A stretch of DNA of 64,000 bases from Limnothrix sp. BL-A-16. Lineage in GTDB: Bacteria; Cyanobacteriota; Cyanobacteriia; CACIAM-69d. The stretch covers positions 896,001-960,000 of the forward strand of contig CP166615.1 of assembly GCA_041937175.2 (NCBI GenBank), in the 5' to 3' direction. Of this stretch, positions 1-10,254 are shown one piece after another (within the stretch, counting starts at the first letter, position 1; every line of letters starts with the position of its first letter). The notes beneath the pieces are model-generated. The model saw only the letters and a list, made by a program, of their open reading frames with translations. It was not told the origin of the DNA and made no database searches. The position numbers and the translations under genes are program-made.

Positions 1-817
1 ATGCCACAAAGGGCCAGATCGAATCTGTTGGATCAGCAATTTTGGCGCTGTTGGTGGCGGCCGCTTCCAAGTGTGGCCAGGCAGGGCGGGTGCGCGCCAA
101 GTCAGCCAGCGTCACCGTATCTGGAACCGTTTTCGCTACACTCACCATCTGCCCCAAAAACGCCTGTTGCAGCGCCTCGCCCTCGGGCCAACCTGCCCGT
201 TGGGCCGCGAAAAACTCCCGAATCAGCGGATGCAGTCCATATTGCCGATCGCCCAGCCGCTCCAACAAACTCAGCCGCTCCAACTCCGCCCGCGCTGCTT
301 TCAGCTCTTCCTGATCGTCGCTGGGCCAACAACCCTGCACCCACTCCCACAACACCGGAGCCGATCCAAAGCAACCCAACAACACCGCCAGCCGTTGTGC
401 TTCCTGGCTCAGGGCTTGCCAGCTTAACTCAACGGCAACCCGCTCGACTGGATTGTTAAACATCACGCCAGTCTTTTGCTGATCGATTTTGCTGTTGATC
501 GCCGGTAAGCTAGCCGCCACCTCGCTCACTGTGGCCGCCGTCGCCGGATCGGCCGCCTCTTCCAGCACGATCGCCTCCAACAGCGTCCAATCGTCGAACG
601 GATTTTTCAGATTAGCCGCCGGGAGCCGCGCCGCCACCCGATCGCCCAGGGCCGCCACCTGATCGCGCATCGGAGCCACCAAAGCACCCACCGCTGTTCG
701 GATCTGGGGCAAGATCGGCTCCAGCACTTCCTGGGTTAACCGTTCGCTGGTGGTTTCCGCCGACTTTTTCAGCAGCAACACCCCGATCGCTACTTCGCCC
801 ATTGCCAACGGTTCCAT
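1..817 (-). CDS. Partial (runs off left edge) protein: small N-terminal helical domain joined directly to a winged-helix region of the cyanobacterial NB-ARC/TPR type
   Basis: Not in the ORF track. My translation from ATG 817 (AGGAGG at 830-825) is open to position 2: MEPLAMGEVAIGVLLLKK...VAVELSWQALSQEAQRLAVLLGCFGSAPVLWEWV...LSLLERLGDRQYGLHPLIREFF. ELSW...LHPLIREF is the segment that normally follows NB-ARC. Confidence 0.75.
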   Translation of the reverse strand, partial: MEPLAMGEVAIGVLLLKKSAETTSERLTQEVLEPILPQIRTAVGALVAPMRDQVAALGDRVAARLPAANLKNPFDDWTLLEAIVLEEAADPATAATVSEVAASLPAINSKIDQQKTGVMFNNPVERVAVELSWQALSQEAQRLAVLLGCFGSAPVLWEWVQGCWPSDDQEELKAARAELERLSLLERLGDRQYGLHPLIREFFAAQRAGWPEGEALQQAFLGQMVSVAKTVPDTVTLADLARTRPAWPHLEAAATNSAKIADPTDSIWPFVA

Positions 818-974
818 CACTTAACCTCCTGTGGAATTTGTCTAATCTGTCTCTGTTTTACAGCGTCGATCGAAAACATCGATCAGATTAGCGGCAGGCG
901 ATCGCGGGGCTGCTGGGGTGCTTGGGTGGGGCGATCTCGCAAAATCATCGATCGCCCAAAAAATCAATCAATAT

Positions 975-2801
975 CTAAACATCTGCTCCCAGCATTTGCA
1001 ATCGATAAAGGCTGGCGTAAAGACCATCCAAATCCATCAATTGATCGTGGGTTCCAGACTCCGCCAAACGCCCCCGCTTGAGAGCAAAGATGCGATCAAC
1101 ATTGCGAATGGTGGACAGTCGGTGCGCAATAATAATCGCTGTGCGATCGCGCATCATCCGATCGACCGCCGCTTGAATAACCGCTTCCGTGGCCACATCC
1201 AAACTGGACGTAGCTTCATCTAAAATCAGCACTTTGGGTTCTCGAATGGCCACCCGTGCAAAGGCCAAAAGCTGCTTTTGTCCGCCCGATAAATTGGTGC
1301 CGCGCTCACGCAATTCTGAATCATACCCTTGGGGTAATTGCTGAATAAATTCATCAATGCTGACTCGTTCGGCGGCGGCTTGTACCTCAGTCAGGCTGTA
1401 ATTTTCCCCGAGGGTAATGTTGCTTTTTACGTCGCCGGAAAAGAGAAATCCATCTTGCAAAATAATTCCTAATTCTCGACGCAAATCGGCCTGGGCCATG
1501 TCGCGAATGTCCACGCCATCGAGCAGAATTCGCCCTTCGGTGACTTCATACAAACGGCTGAGTAGCCGAATGATCGAGGATTTGCCTGCACCCGTGGGCC
1601 CCACGAAGGCTACTTTTTCGCCGGGATGAATGGTGAAGTCCAAATCATGGAGCACCATTTCATCGGGTTTGTAGCCAAAGGAAACATGCTCAAAGCGAAT
1701 TTCGCCACGGGTTTTCAGGCTGGCAAATTGGGCGCGATCGACCTTGGGTGGATCTTGGATTTCGATCGGCTCCGCGAAGATGCCGTTAATTCGTTCAATG
1801 GCGGTGAATCCCGCTTGAATGGCGGTGAATTTTTCGGCAAATTCTCGCAGGGGATCAAACATCCGCTGAGCAAAGAGAATAAAGGCCGCTAGGGTTCCAA
1901 ACTCGATTGTTTTGCCTGCCACCAATGCGCCGCCATACCAAAGCACTCCGGCGATCGCGACGAGGGAAATCCATTCCAAGGTGGCTGAAACGGCTGAGTC
2001 AAAAAAGATGGTGCGATCGACTTCGTGAATATAGTCTTGGTTGGTCTTCCGAAACTGTTTGGCGTTGTAGCGTTCTCGGCGGAACAATTGCACCACATTC
2101 ACACCCACCAGATTCTCTTGCAGCATCGAATTCAAATCCGATAACCGCTCTCGGGCCCGATAGTTGGCTTTCCGAAATTCCCCTTGAAAATAAACAATCG
2201 CCCCCGCGATCGGGATCAACATCAGCAACAGCAATAGTGCCAATTGCCATTGCAAGGTCAACATCGTGGCCACCAACACCACGATCGACAACAGATCGCT
2301 CACAATCCCGATCGCGCCCGTGGAAAAAACCTCACCCAAGGCATCCACATCGCTGGTTAGGCGGGTGATCAACCGACCCACGGGCGTGCGATCGAAAAAG
2401 CGCATGGCCAGCGCGGTCACATGATCAAATAAATCATTACGAATATCCGCCGTAATCCGTTGGCCCACTTCCTGCACCAAGTAACCCTGAAGCCCTTGGA
2501 GCGCCAACCGCACCGCCACCGTCACCAACACCAGCAGCCCCACCGTGTTCAGACCCGATCGCAGGGGCATCGCTTCCAGAAAATCCCAAGCGCTGGCCTC
2601 GCCCCGAATCAGCGAGATGGCTTGACCCACCAAAATCGGTTGCAGCGCATTGCCCAAGGACAAGGGCAGCAACAAAATCAGCGACACAATCAGCAGCTTG
2701 CCGCTGCGACGGGCGTAGGGCACCAGTCGCAGAAAAAGCCGCCAGTCAGTTTCAGAGCGGCGATCGGACGGGGTTTGCGCAGCAGCAAGATTCACAGTCA
2801 T
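975..2801 (-). CDS. ABC exporter, fused permease/ATP-binding protein (MsbA/multidrug type)
   Basis: N-terminal transmembrane domain; Walker A GPTGAGKS, signature LSGGQ, Walker B LILDEAT, H-loop IAHRL; ATG at 2801. Confidence 0.93.
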   Translation of the reverse strand: MTVNLAAAQTPSDRRSETDWRLFLRLVPYARRSGKLLIVSLILLLPLSLGNALQPILVGQAISLIRGEASAWDFLEAMPLRSGLNTVGLLVLVTVAVRLALQGLQGYLVQEVGQRITADIRNDLFDHVTALAMRFFDRTPVGRLITRLTSDVDALGEVFSTGAIGIVSDLLSIVVLVATMLTLQWQLALLLLLMLIPIAGAIVYFQGEFRKANYRARERLSDLNSMLQENLVGVNVVQLFRRERYNAKQFRKTNQDYIHEVDRTIFFDSAVSATLEWISLVAIAGVLWYGGALVAGKTIEFGTLAAFILFAQRMFDPLREFAEKFTAIQAGFTAIERINGIFAEPIEIQDPPKVDRAQFASLKTRGEIRFEHVSFGYKPDEMVLHDLDFTIHPGEKVAFVGPTGAGKSSIIRLLSRLYEVTEGRILLDGVDIRDMAQADLRRELGIILQDGFLFSGDVKSNITLGENYSLTEVQAAAERVSIDEFIQQLPQGYDSELRERGTNLSGGQKQLLAFARVAIREPKVLILDEATSSLDVATEAVIQAAVDRMMRDRTAIIIAHRLSTIRNVDRIFALKRGRLAESGTHDQLMDLDGLYASLYRLQMLGADV

Positions 2802-3353
2802 AGCCAACCGGTAGAGACACAAATCAAGCCGCCCTGACGGATTGGCGGCCGGGCCTGTTTGCAAAGGCGGGCAGACAATCGATCGGGGTGGCTTGACAGC
2901 AATTTCAGTACAGAGTCTCCTTCATTATCGCCCATGAATTCGCCCGCATGGCTCGATCGACCGGTGACAGCTCAGCGGCTCCGATTGCCCAGTGGATCTC
3001 TGTATCGCCCGGTCTTGATTGATACGCGATCGGGATCTGCAATCAATCACGATCAACCATAGCCAGATATCTGCCAAGGATGCGCAAACAGCAAGCAAAG
3101 TGGAATTTGACGAAGGAAAAAATCAGAAATGATCAGAAAAATTGACCGATCTGAAATTAGAGTGCGAACCAAGAATTAAGGAGTTTGAGGGTAGAAATCA
3201 GCAGAATTAGGGATGACATCTGAATTCGCCATGGGTTATGAATCTGAAGATTTCTGTTTTGGGTGCTCGTGTGTTGACTGCGAATTCTACCTGCCAGCTA
3301 GCCCCACAGAATAGCTACCCGCTAGCTCCCCAGGAAACGCCTAGGAATTTCTG

Positions 3354-4982
3354 ATGCCCCATCCTTGTGCTCCACGACTCGTTTATTATTCACTGTTGCC
3401 TTTTTTTGCCCTGATTTTAGGAATACCCACGGGGGCGATCGCCTCGGAAATTCCCCTGCTGACCTTGGCCGATCGCCCGGCGGTGGCCACCGCAGCCGAC
3501 CTGTTGGGAGCCGATCATTTCAGCACGGATGACCTGGCCCAGGTCACCGCCGTTTCACAGCTCTCGGATGTGCAACCCACCGATTGGGCGTTTCAGGCGC
3601 TGCAATCCTTGGTGGAGCGCTATGGCTGCATTGCTGGCTATCCCGATGGTACGTTCAAGGGCAACCGGCCCCTCAGTCGCTATGAGTTCGCGGCCGGTTT
3701 AAATGCCTGTCTCGATCGGATCAATGAGCTAATCAAATCCGCCACGGATCCACTCGCGGCCAAGGAAGACCTGCGGAAATTGCAAAAACTGCAAGAGGAA
3801 TTCGCAGCGGAGCTGGCCGGCCTGCGGGGGCGGGTGGATGCCTTGGAAGCCCGCACGTCCGAGCTGGCAGCCAACCAGTTTTCGACCACCACGAAGCTGA
3901 AAGGCGAAGTGATTTTTGCCTTAGATGATGTGTTTGGTAATGAGCGGGCTGGCGGCGGTGACTTGGATTACAACACCGCGTTTTCCTACCGAGCACGGCT
4001 GAACTTCAATACCAGTTTCACGGGTAAAGATGAGCTGCGGGTGCGGCTACAAAGCAACAACATCATCCCGATCGATGGGGCGGTGACGGGAACCAGCATG
4101 ACCCGCTTGGCTTTTGACGGCAACAGCAACAATCAGTTCCGATTGGACGATCTGCACTATCGTTTCCCGATCGGGCAGAAAACCCACATGTGGCTGATTG
4201 CCAGCGGTCAAGGAACTGACGGCATTGCCGATCCGTTGAATTCGTTTCTGCGCAGTGACAGTTCCGGTTCCCTGTCCCGGTTTGGCCGCTTTAGTTCGAT
4301 CTACCGCAGTGTGAGGGGCCCCGGGGTCGCGATCGAGCATGACTTTAGCGATCAGTGGTCGGTAGATTTGGCATACCGTGCGCCCCAGGGCAGCAATCCG
4401 GCTGATGAGGCGGGCCTGTTCAACGGCAGCTACGGGATTTTGGGCCAAATCCTATATCAGCCCAGCAAAAACGCTGGCATTGGCTTCACCTTCGCCCACA
4501 CCTACTTTGACGAAGCCGATGTGAACATCACGGACGGCGTAGGCAGTGCTTTTGCCCAACGGCCCTTCAGTCGGGTTGATACGTTGGCCAACTCCTACGG
4601 GTTGATCGGTTCGGTGCAGTTTAGTCCTCGTTTCAATCTGTCCGGTTGGGTGGGCTACACCGACGCAACAGCCAAGTCCGGCAATGATCGGGGAGCCAAT
4701 GCCGACATTTGGAATTGGGCCGTGACGATGGCCTTTCCGGATCTGTTCAAGGAAGGCAACTTGGGCGGGATTATTTTCGGGATGCCGCCCAAGGCCACCC
4801 AAAACGATGTGGACAGCCGGGAAGATCGCGATACCTCGTTCCATGTGGAGGCGCTCTACTACCACCAACTGACGGACAACATTGCCATTACACCGGGTGT
4901 GATTGCGATTTTCAATCCGGAGCACAACGCCGATCACGAGACCCAGGTGGTGGGGGTGGTACGCACTGTGTTCTCTTTCTAA
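3354..4982 (+). CDS. Cyanobacterial outer-membrane porin (SLH + coiled coil + OprB-type barrel), copy 1
   Basis: Signal peptide, SLH motif SQLSDVQPTDWAFQALQSLVERYGCIAGYPDG, FSTTTKL barrel start, C-terminal Phe (RTVFSF). Confidence 0.93.
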   Translation: MPHPCAPRLVYYSLLPFFALILGIPTGAIASEIPLLTLADRPAVATAADLLGADHFSTDDLAQVTAVSQLSDVQPTDWAFQALQSLVERYGCIAGYPDGTFKGNRPLSRYEFAAGLNACLDRINELIKSATDPLAAKEDLRKLQKLQEEFAAELAGLRGRVDALEARTSELAANQFSTTTKLKGEVIFALDDVFGNERAGGGDLDYNTAFSYRARLNFNTSFTGKDELRVRLQSNNIIPIDGAVTGTSMTRLAFDGNSNNQFRLDDLHYRFPIGQKTHMWLIASGQGTDGIADPLNSFLRSDSSGSLSRFGRFSSIYRSVRGPGVAIEHDFSDQWSVDLAYRAPQGSNPADEAGLFNGSYGILGQILYQPSKNAGIGFTFAHTYFDEADVNITDGVGSAFAQRPFSRVDTLANSYGLIGSVQFSPRFNLSGWVGYTDATAKSGNDRGANADIWNWAVTMAFPDLFKEGNLGGIIFGMPPKATQNDVDSREDRDTSFHVEALYYHQLTDNIAITPGVIAIFNPEHNADHETQVVGVVRTVFSF

Positions 4983-5144
4983 ATCCGGCGCGGCCATTCA
5001 ACGTAAATCCCTGATTCGGCTTTTTGGGAGTCGCAGAGGTGAATCATTGGCGGGAACCCAGCTTTTTCTGGGTAACGTTCGCTGCGGCTCACAGGTGACC
5101 GTGAATCTCCTCCCAAATGCTTGGCAATTATTGAGGACTAACCC

Positions 5145-6773
5145 ATGACCCATCGTTTTCTGCCACTACTCTCTCGCTCCGCTCTGTTGCCTGTTTTGAC
5201 CCTGATTTTAGGAATACCCACGGGGGCGATCGCCTCGGAAATTCCCTTGCTGACCTTGGACGATCGCCCCACGGTGGCCACCGAAGCCGACCTGCTGGGC
5301 ACTGATCCCTTAGGCACGGATGACCTGGCCCAGGTCACCGCCGTTTCACAGCTCTCGGATGTGCAACCCACCGATTGGGCGTTTCAGGCGCTGCAATCCT
5401 TGGTGGAGCGCTATGGCTGCATTGCCGGTTATCCCGATGGCACGTTCAAGGGCAACCGGCCCCTCAGTCGCTATGAGTTCGCGGCCGGTTTGAATGCCTG
5501 TCTCGATCGGATCAATGAGCTAATCAAATCCGCCACGGATCCACTCGCGGCCAAGGAAGACCTGCGGAAATTGCAAAAACTGCAAGAGGAATTCGCAGCG
5601 GAGCTGGCCGGTCTGCGGGGGCGGGTGGATGCCCTGGAAGCCCGCGCGGCGGAACTGGAGGCCAATCGCTTTGCGCCGGTCACCAAGCTCCAGTCTGAGG
5701 CCATGTTTGCCCTGGCCGATGTGTGGGGCGACGAAAAAGCCGGCGGCGGCGATTTGGACTACAACACCACCTTTGCCTATTGGGTGCGGCTGAATTTCAA
5801 CACCAGTTTCACGGGCAAAGATGAGTTGCGGGTGCGACTGCAAAGCAACAACATCATCCCGATCGATGGGGATTTGACGGGAACCAGCATGACCCGCCTG
5901 GGGTTTGACGGCAACAGCAGCAATCAGCTTCGGTTGGGGGATTTGTACTACCGTTTTCCCCTGGGCGATCGCACCCGAGCTTGGTTAATTGCCAATGGCC
6001 ACGGCACCGATGGGATTACGGATCCCCTGAACGTATACCTGCGTAGTGACAGTTCCGGGGCCCTGTCACGATTTGGGCGCTATAGCTCGATCTATCGCGG
6101 GTTGCGCGGCCCCGGCGTGGGAATTCAGCATCGTTTTAATCAACATTGGTCGGCCGATGTGGCCTACCGTGCGCCCCGAGGCAGCAGCCCGGATGATGAG
6201 GCGGGGCTGTTCAATGGCAGCTACGGCATTTTGGGGCAATTGCTCTATCAACCCACCCCCAGCACCAGCATTGGCTTCACCTTCACCCACACCTACTTCG
6301 ATGAAGCGGATGTGAACATTACGGACAACATCGGCAGCGCCTTTGCCCAGCGGCCGTTCGATCGGGTCGATACTGCCGCCAATTCCTACGGGTTGATCGG
6401 CGCGGTGCAATTCAGCCCCCGTTTCACCCTGTCCGGCTGGGTCGCTTATACGGATGCCGAGGCCAAAGCAGGAGGCGATCGGGGGGCCAATGCGGATATT
6501 TGGACTTGGGCCGTGACGATGGCTTTCCCGGACTTATTCAAGGAGGGCAATGTGGGCGGCCTGGTAGTGGGGATGCCACCGAAAACCACACGCAACGACT
6601 TGACCAGCCGCGAGGATCGGGACACGTCGTTGCATGTGGAAGCCCTCTACCGCCACCAACTGACGGACAACATCGCCATCACGCCGGGAGTGATCGTGAT
6701 TGTGAACCCGGAACATGATCAGGACAACGGCACGCAGGTGGTGGGCGTGGTGCGCACCACCTTTGCGTTCTAA
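5145..6773 (+). CDS. Cyanobacterial outer-membrane porin (SLH + OprB-type barrel), tandem copy 2
   Basis: Same length (542 aa) and architecture as copy 1; ends RTTFAF. Confidence 0.93.
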   Translation: MTHRFLPLLSRSALLPVLTLILGIPTGAIASEIPLLTLDDRPTVATEADLLGTDPLGTDDLAQVTAVSQLSDVQPTDWAFQALQSLVERYGCIAGYPDGTFKGNRPLSRYEFAAGLNACLDRINELIKSATDPLAAKEDLRKLQKLQEEFAAELAGLRGRVDALEARAAELEANRFAPVTKLQSEAMFALADVWGDEKAGGGDLDYNTTFAYWVRLNFNTSFTGKDELRVRLQSNNIIPIDGDLTGTSMTRLGFDGNSSNQLRLGDLYYRFPLGDRTRAWLIANGHGTDGITDPLNVYLRSDSSGALSRFGRYSSIYRGLRGPGVGIQHRFNQHWSADVAYRAPRGSSPDDEAGLFNGSYGILGQLLYQPTPSTSIGFTFTHTYFDEADVNITDNIGSAFAQRPFDRVDTAANSYGLIGAVQFSPRFTLSGWVAYTDAEAKAGGDRGANADIWTWAVTMAFPDLFKEGNVGGLVVGMPPKTTRNDLTSREDRDTSLHVEALYRHQLTDNIAITPGVIVIVNPEHDQDNGTQVVGVVRTTFAF

Positions 6774-7063
6774 GTTCTGCGTTCTAGTAGCGCGACAGGC
6801 TGAATACATTGGGTCAAAGTTGCAGAGCCAGTCGTGGTAACAAGGGGCTTGAGCATCTTGTTGCTTAACGATCATGTGACGGTAACAGCCATGTAAGTTG
6901 ACCCAGCAAATTAAGGTAGCCGCGCTACTAGGTTCGTTTGCGAAGGGTTTTGCCGGTGTTGGGAGCCGATCGCCTGGTTCAGTTTTGGGGCCGAGGCGAT
7001 CGGTCATTTTGCGCTGGAGATCGGGGCGATCGGGGCGGAATCTAGCGGCTAACAGGTGCTTGA

Positions 7064-7089
7064 ATGCAGAAATTGCATGAAATTCATGC
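7064..7089 (+). promoter_or_regulatory. NtcB (LysR-type) binding site upstream of nirA
   Basis: ATGC-AGAAATT-GCAT (7064-7078) matches ATGC-N7-GCAT. It overlaps a second dyad GCATGAAATTCATGC (7075-7089) just upstream of the NtcA box. Confidence 0.8.
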
Positions 7090-7111
7090 TTAAAACGGAT
7101 TCTGTAAAGTT

Positions 7112-7157
7112 TTTTGTAACTTGGATTACAAAAGCCCTGGGGCGCGATCGCTAGCAT
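7112..7157 (+). promoter_or_regulatory. NtcA-activated promoter of the nir operon
   Basis: GTA-ACTTGGAT-TAC (7116-7129, GTA-N8-TAC) flanked by TTTT/AAAA, followed 22 nt later by a TAN3T -10 box, TAGCAT (7152-7157). Confidence 0.9.
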
Positions 7158-7265
7158 TTGCCCATTCTCAGCTCTAGCAACTACAACTTCTGACCGAATA
7201 CTCCCTGGCTCCGGCCAGCGGTCAGAAGTTTTTACCCACCGGCATTGACCCCCTCGCTGGTAACT

Positions 7266-8822
7266 ATGGCTCAAGCGATCGCCCCGGCAAGTTCCAAACT
7301 CACCAAGTTTGAGAAATTCAAAGCCGAAAAAGACGGACTGCAAGTTAAACAAGAACTCGCCACTTTTGCCCGCTTGGGTTGGGAAAACCTCCCCGAAGAC
7401 GACCTGAATCACCGTCTGAAGTGGCTAGGGGTGTTCTTTCGCCCGGTCACTCCCGGAAAGTTCATGTTGCGGATGCGGTTGCCCCACGGCATTTGCACCA
7501 GCGGCCAACTGCGCGTCCTCGCCAGCATCGTTGAGCGCTACGGCGACGATGGCAGCGCCGACATCACCACCCGCCAAAACCTGCAATTACGCGGGATTCG
7601 GCTGGATGACATTCCTGAAATTTTCCAACAGCTCGATCGCTCCGGCCTCACCAGCATCCAATCGGGCATGGACAACGTGCGCAACATCACCGGCTCCCCC
7701 GTGGCCGGCATTGATGCCGACGAGTTGATCGACACCCGGGGGCTGGTGCGCAAAGTGCAGGACATGATCACCAACAACGGTGATGGCAACCCCAGCTTCA
7801 GCAACCTGCCCCGCAAATTCAACATCGCGATCGACGGCAGCCGCGACAACTCGGTTCATGCCGAAATTAACGACATCGCCTTCATCCCCGCCTACAAAGA
7901 CGACAAACTCGGGTTCAACGTCGTGGTGGGCGGGTTCTTTTCCGCCAGCCGCGTGGCTCCCGCCATTTCCCTCAATGCCTGGGTGGATCCGCGCGATGTG
8001 GTTTCCCTCTGCGAAGCGATCTTGGTGGTTTATCGGGATCATGGCCCCCGTGCCAACCGCCAAAAGTCTCGGTTGATGTGGCTGATTGACGAGTGGGGAA
8101 TTGAGAAATTCCGGGCCGCCGTGGAAAAGCAACTGGGATTTCCCCTGCTCACCGCCGCCGCGAAGGACGAATATTGCTGGGACAAACGCGACCACATCGG
8201 CATCCACGCCCAAAAACAAGTGGGCCTCAACTATGCCGGGTTACACATTCCCGTGGGTCGGCTGAATGCACGCCAAATGTTTGATCTGGCGCGGCTGGCG
8301 GATATCTACGGCAGCGGTGAACTGCGCTTCACCGTTGAGCAAAACGTGATCATCACCAACATTCCCGATTCCCGGTTAGCGGTTTTTACCCAAGAGCCGC
8401 TTTTAAAAACCTTCTCGATCGCCCCGGCCCCCCTCGTGCGGGAACTGGTCTCCTGCACGGGGTCGCAGTTTTGCAACTTTGCGCTGATTGAAACCAAACA
8501 GCGTGCCTTGGCCGTGGCCCAAGCCGTCACCGATCGGGTCAAGCTTCCCCGGCCGGTGCGGATTCACTGGACCGGCTGCCCCAACTCCTGCGGCCAACCC
8601 CAAGTGGCCGACATCGGCTTGATGGGCAGCAAGGCTCGCAAGGATGGCAAAACCGTTGAGGCCGTGGATATTTTCCTTGGCGGCAAGGTGGGCAAAGACG
8701 CGCACTTGGGCGATCGGGTCATGAAAGGAATTCCCTGCGAAGACCTGAACGATGTGCTGGTGGACTTGCTGGTGGAGCATTTCCAAGCCGAGCGCAAAAC
8801 GCCCGCCCTGGCCGAGGCCTAA
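7266..8822 (+). CDS. nirA: Ferredoxin-nitrite reductase
   Basis: DITTRQNLQLR, NLPRKFNIA, 4Fe-4S/siroheme Cys motifs CTGSQFC and GCPNSCG; first gene of the nitrate operon. Confidence 0.97.
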   Translation: MAQAIAPASSKLTKFEKFKAEKDGLQVKQELATFARLGWENLPEDDLNHRLKWLGVFFRPVTPGKFMLRMRLPHGICTSGQLRVLASIVERYGDDGSADITTRQNLQLRGIRLDDIPEIFQQLDRSGLTSIQSGMDNVRNITGSPVAGIDADELIDTRGLVRKVQDMITNNGDGNPSFSNLPRKFNIAIDGSRDNSVHAEINDIAFIPAYKDDKLGFNVVVGGFFSASRVAPAISLNAWVDPRDVVSLCEAILVVYRDHGPRANRQKSRLMWLIDEWGIEKFRAAVEKQLGFPLLTAAAKDEYCWDKRDHIGIHAQKQVGLNYAGLHIPVGRLNARQMFDLARLADIYGSGELRFTVEQNVIITNIPDSRLAVFTQEPLLKTFSIAPAPLVRELVSCTGSQFCNFALIETKQRALAVAQAVTDRVKLPRPVRIHWTGCPNSCGQPQVADIGLMGSKARKDGKTVEAVDIFLGGKVGKDAHLGDRVMKGIPCEDLNDVLVDLLVEHFQAERKTPALAEA

Positions 8823-8913
8823 CCAAACCTGGTCATCACCTCCTAACACCCAACAGACCACGCGATCCTCCCCGATTGTTAACTTCCCTTCTTTACCCTC
8901 AAACTCAGCAACC

Positions 8914-10254
8914 ATGAGCAGCTTTTCCCGCCGCAAATTCCTGTTCACCGCCGCCACCGCTGCCGGAGCCACCGTCGCAATTCATGGTTGTGCTGCTGGA
9001 GGTGGCAACCAAGCCGCCAGCAGCCCGGCCGGTGGCGACTCCGCCGGGGGCAGCCCTTCGCCGGCCGCCTCGATCGCCCCGCCGGAAGTGACCAAAGCCA
9101 AGCTCGGTTTCATTGCCCTCACCGACGCAGCCCCTCTGATCATCGCCAAGGAAAAGGGCCTCTTCGCCAAATACGGAATGCCCGACGTGGAGGTCATCAA
9201 GCAAGCCTCCTGGGGGGCAACCCGCGACAACCTGGAATTGGGTTCAGCCGGTAACGGCATTGACGGGGCACATATCCTCACCCCAATGCCCTATTTGATG
9301 ACCACCGGCAAAGTCACCAAAAAGCCTCTGCCGATGAACATCCTGGCCCGTCTGAACACCAACGGTCAGGGTATTTCCCTCAGCAAGGATTACTTGGGCA
9401 AAAAGATCACCCTTGATAATCAGCCCTTCAAGGAAGCCCTAGCCAAAGCCAAAGCAGGCGGCAAGGACGTGAAAGTGGCGGTCACTTTCCCCGGCGGCAC
9501 CCACGATCTCTGGATGCGCTACTGGCTGGCGGCTGGCGGCATCGATCCCAATAAAGATGTATCCGTGATCGTGGTTCCTCCAGCACAAATGGTTGCCAAT
9601 GTAAAAACCAACACCATGGAAGCCTTCTGTGTGGGTGAGCCTTGGAATGCCCAAACCGTTGCCCAAAAGGTCGGTTTCTCGGCCTTGGTGACCGGCGAGC
9701 TGTGGAAAGATCACCCGGAAAAGGCCTTTGCGATGCGTGCCGATTGGGTGGAAAAGAACCCGAACGCCACCAAAGCCCTGACCATGGCCGTGCTGGAAGC
9801 GCAAATGTGGTGCGACAAGCCCGAGAACAAGGCAGAAATGTGCGACATCATCAGCAAGCGCGAGTGGCTGAAGATCAAGGCGGAAGATATTTTGGGTCGT
9901 TCCCAAGGCAACATTGACTTTGGCGATGGGCGCAAGGAAGAGAACTTCCCGCTAGCCATGAAGTTCTGGGCAGACTTTGCCTCCTATCCCTTCAAGAGCC
10001 ACGACCTGTGGTTTGTCACGGAAGACATTCGCTGGGGTTACTTGCCGGAAAGTACTGACACCAAGGCTCTCATTGATCAGGTGAACCGGGAGGACATTTG
10101 GCGCGAGGCAGCCAAGGCGCTGGGTGTGCCCGAGGCGGAAATTCCCAAGGATACGTCGCGTGGGGTGGAAACCTTCTTCGATGGGGTGAAGTTTGACCCA
10201 GAAAATCCCAAGGCCTATCTCGATGGTCTGAAGATCAAAGCCATGAAAGCCTAG
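8914..10254 (+). CDS. nrtA: Nitrate/nitrite ABC transporter substrate-binding lipoprotein
   Basis: Tat-like SRRKFL and lipobox IHGC; LGFIALTDAAPLIIAKEKG; FCVGEPWN; lies between nirA and nrtB. Confidence 0.94.
   Translation: MSSFSRRKFLFTAATAAGATVAIHGCAAGGGNQAASSPAGGDSAGGSPSPAASIAPPEVTKAKLGFIALTDAAPLIIAKEKGLFAKYGMPDVEVIKQASWGATRDNLELGSAGNGIDGAHILTPMPYLMTTGKVTKKPLPMNILARLNTNGQGISLSKDYLGKKITLDNQPFKEALAKAKAGGKDVKVAVTFPGGTHDLWMRYWLAAGGIDPNKDVSVIVVPPAQMVANVKTNTMEAFCVGEPWNAQTVAQKVGFSALVTGELWKDHPEKAFAMRADWVEKNPNATKALTMAVLEAQMWCDKPENKAEMCDIISKREWLKIKAEDILGRSQGNIDFGDGRKEENFPLAMKFWADFASYPFKSHDLWFVTEDIRWGYLPESTDTKALIDQVNREDIWREAAKALGVPEAEIPKDTSRGVETFFDGVKFDPENPKAYLDGLKIKAMKA

Noticed and set aside
1..459. 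Plus-strand Pro-rich ORFs at the left edge
   Set aside because: They are shadows of the minus-strand gene, which has an RBS and recognisable motifs.
5072..5085. NtcA-like GTA-N8-TGC upstream of porin 2
   Set aside because: One half-site is mismatched and there is no TAN3T box at the expected spacing.
3523..5645. Near-identical porin segments as a DGR template/variable repeat pair
   Set aside because: Differences are synonymous and mostly C/T rather than adenine-specific, both copies are coding, and no reverse transcriptase is present.
6534..7412. 292-aa minus-strand ORF across the nirA promoter
   Set aside because: It overlaps porin 2 and nirA antisense and has no recognisable motif.
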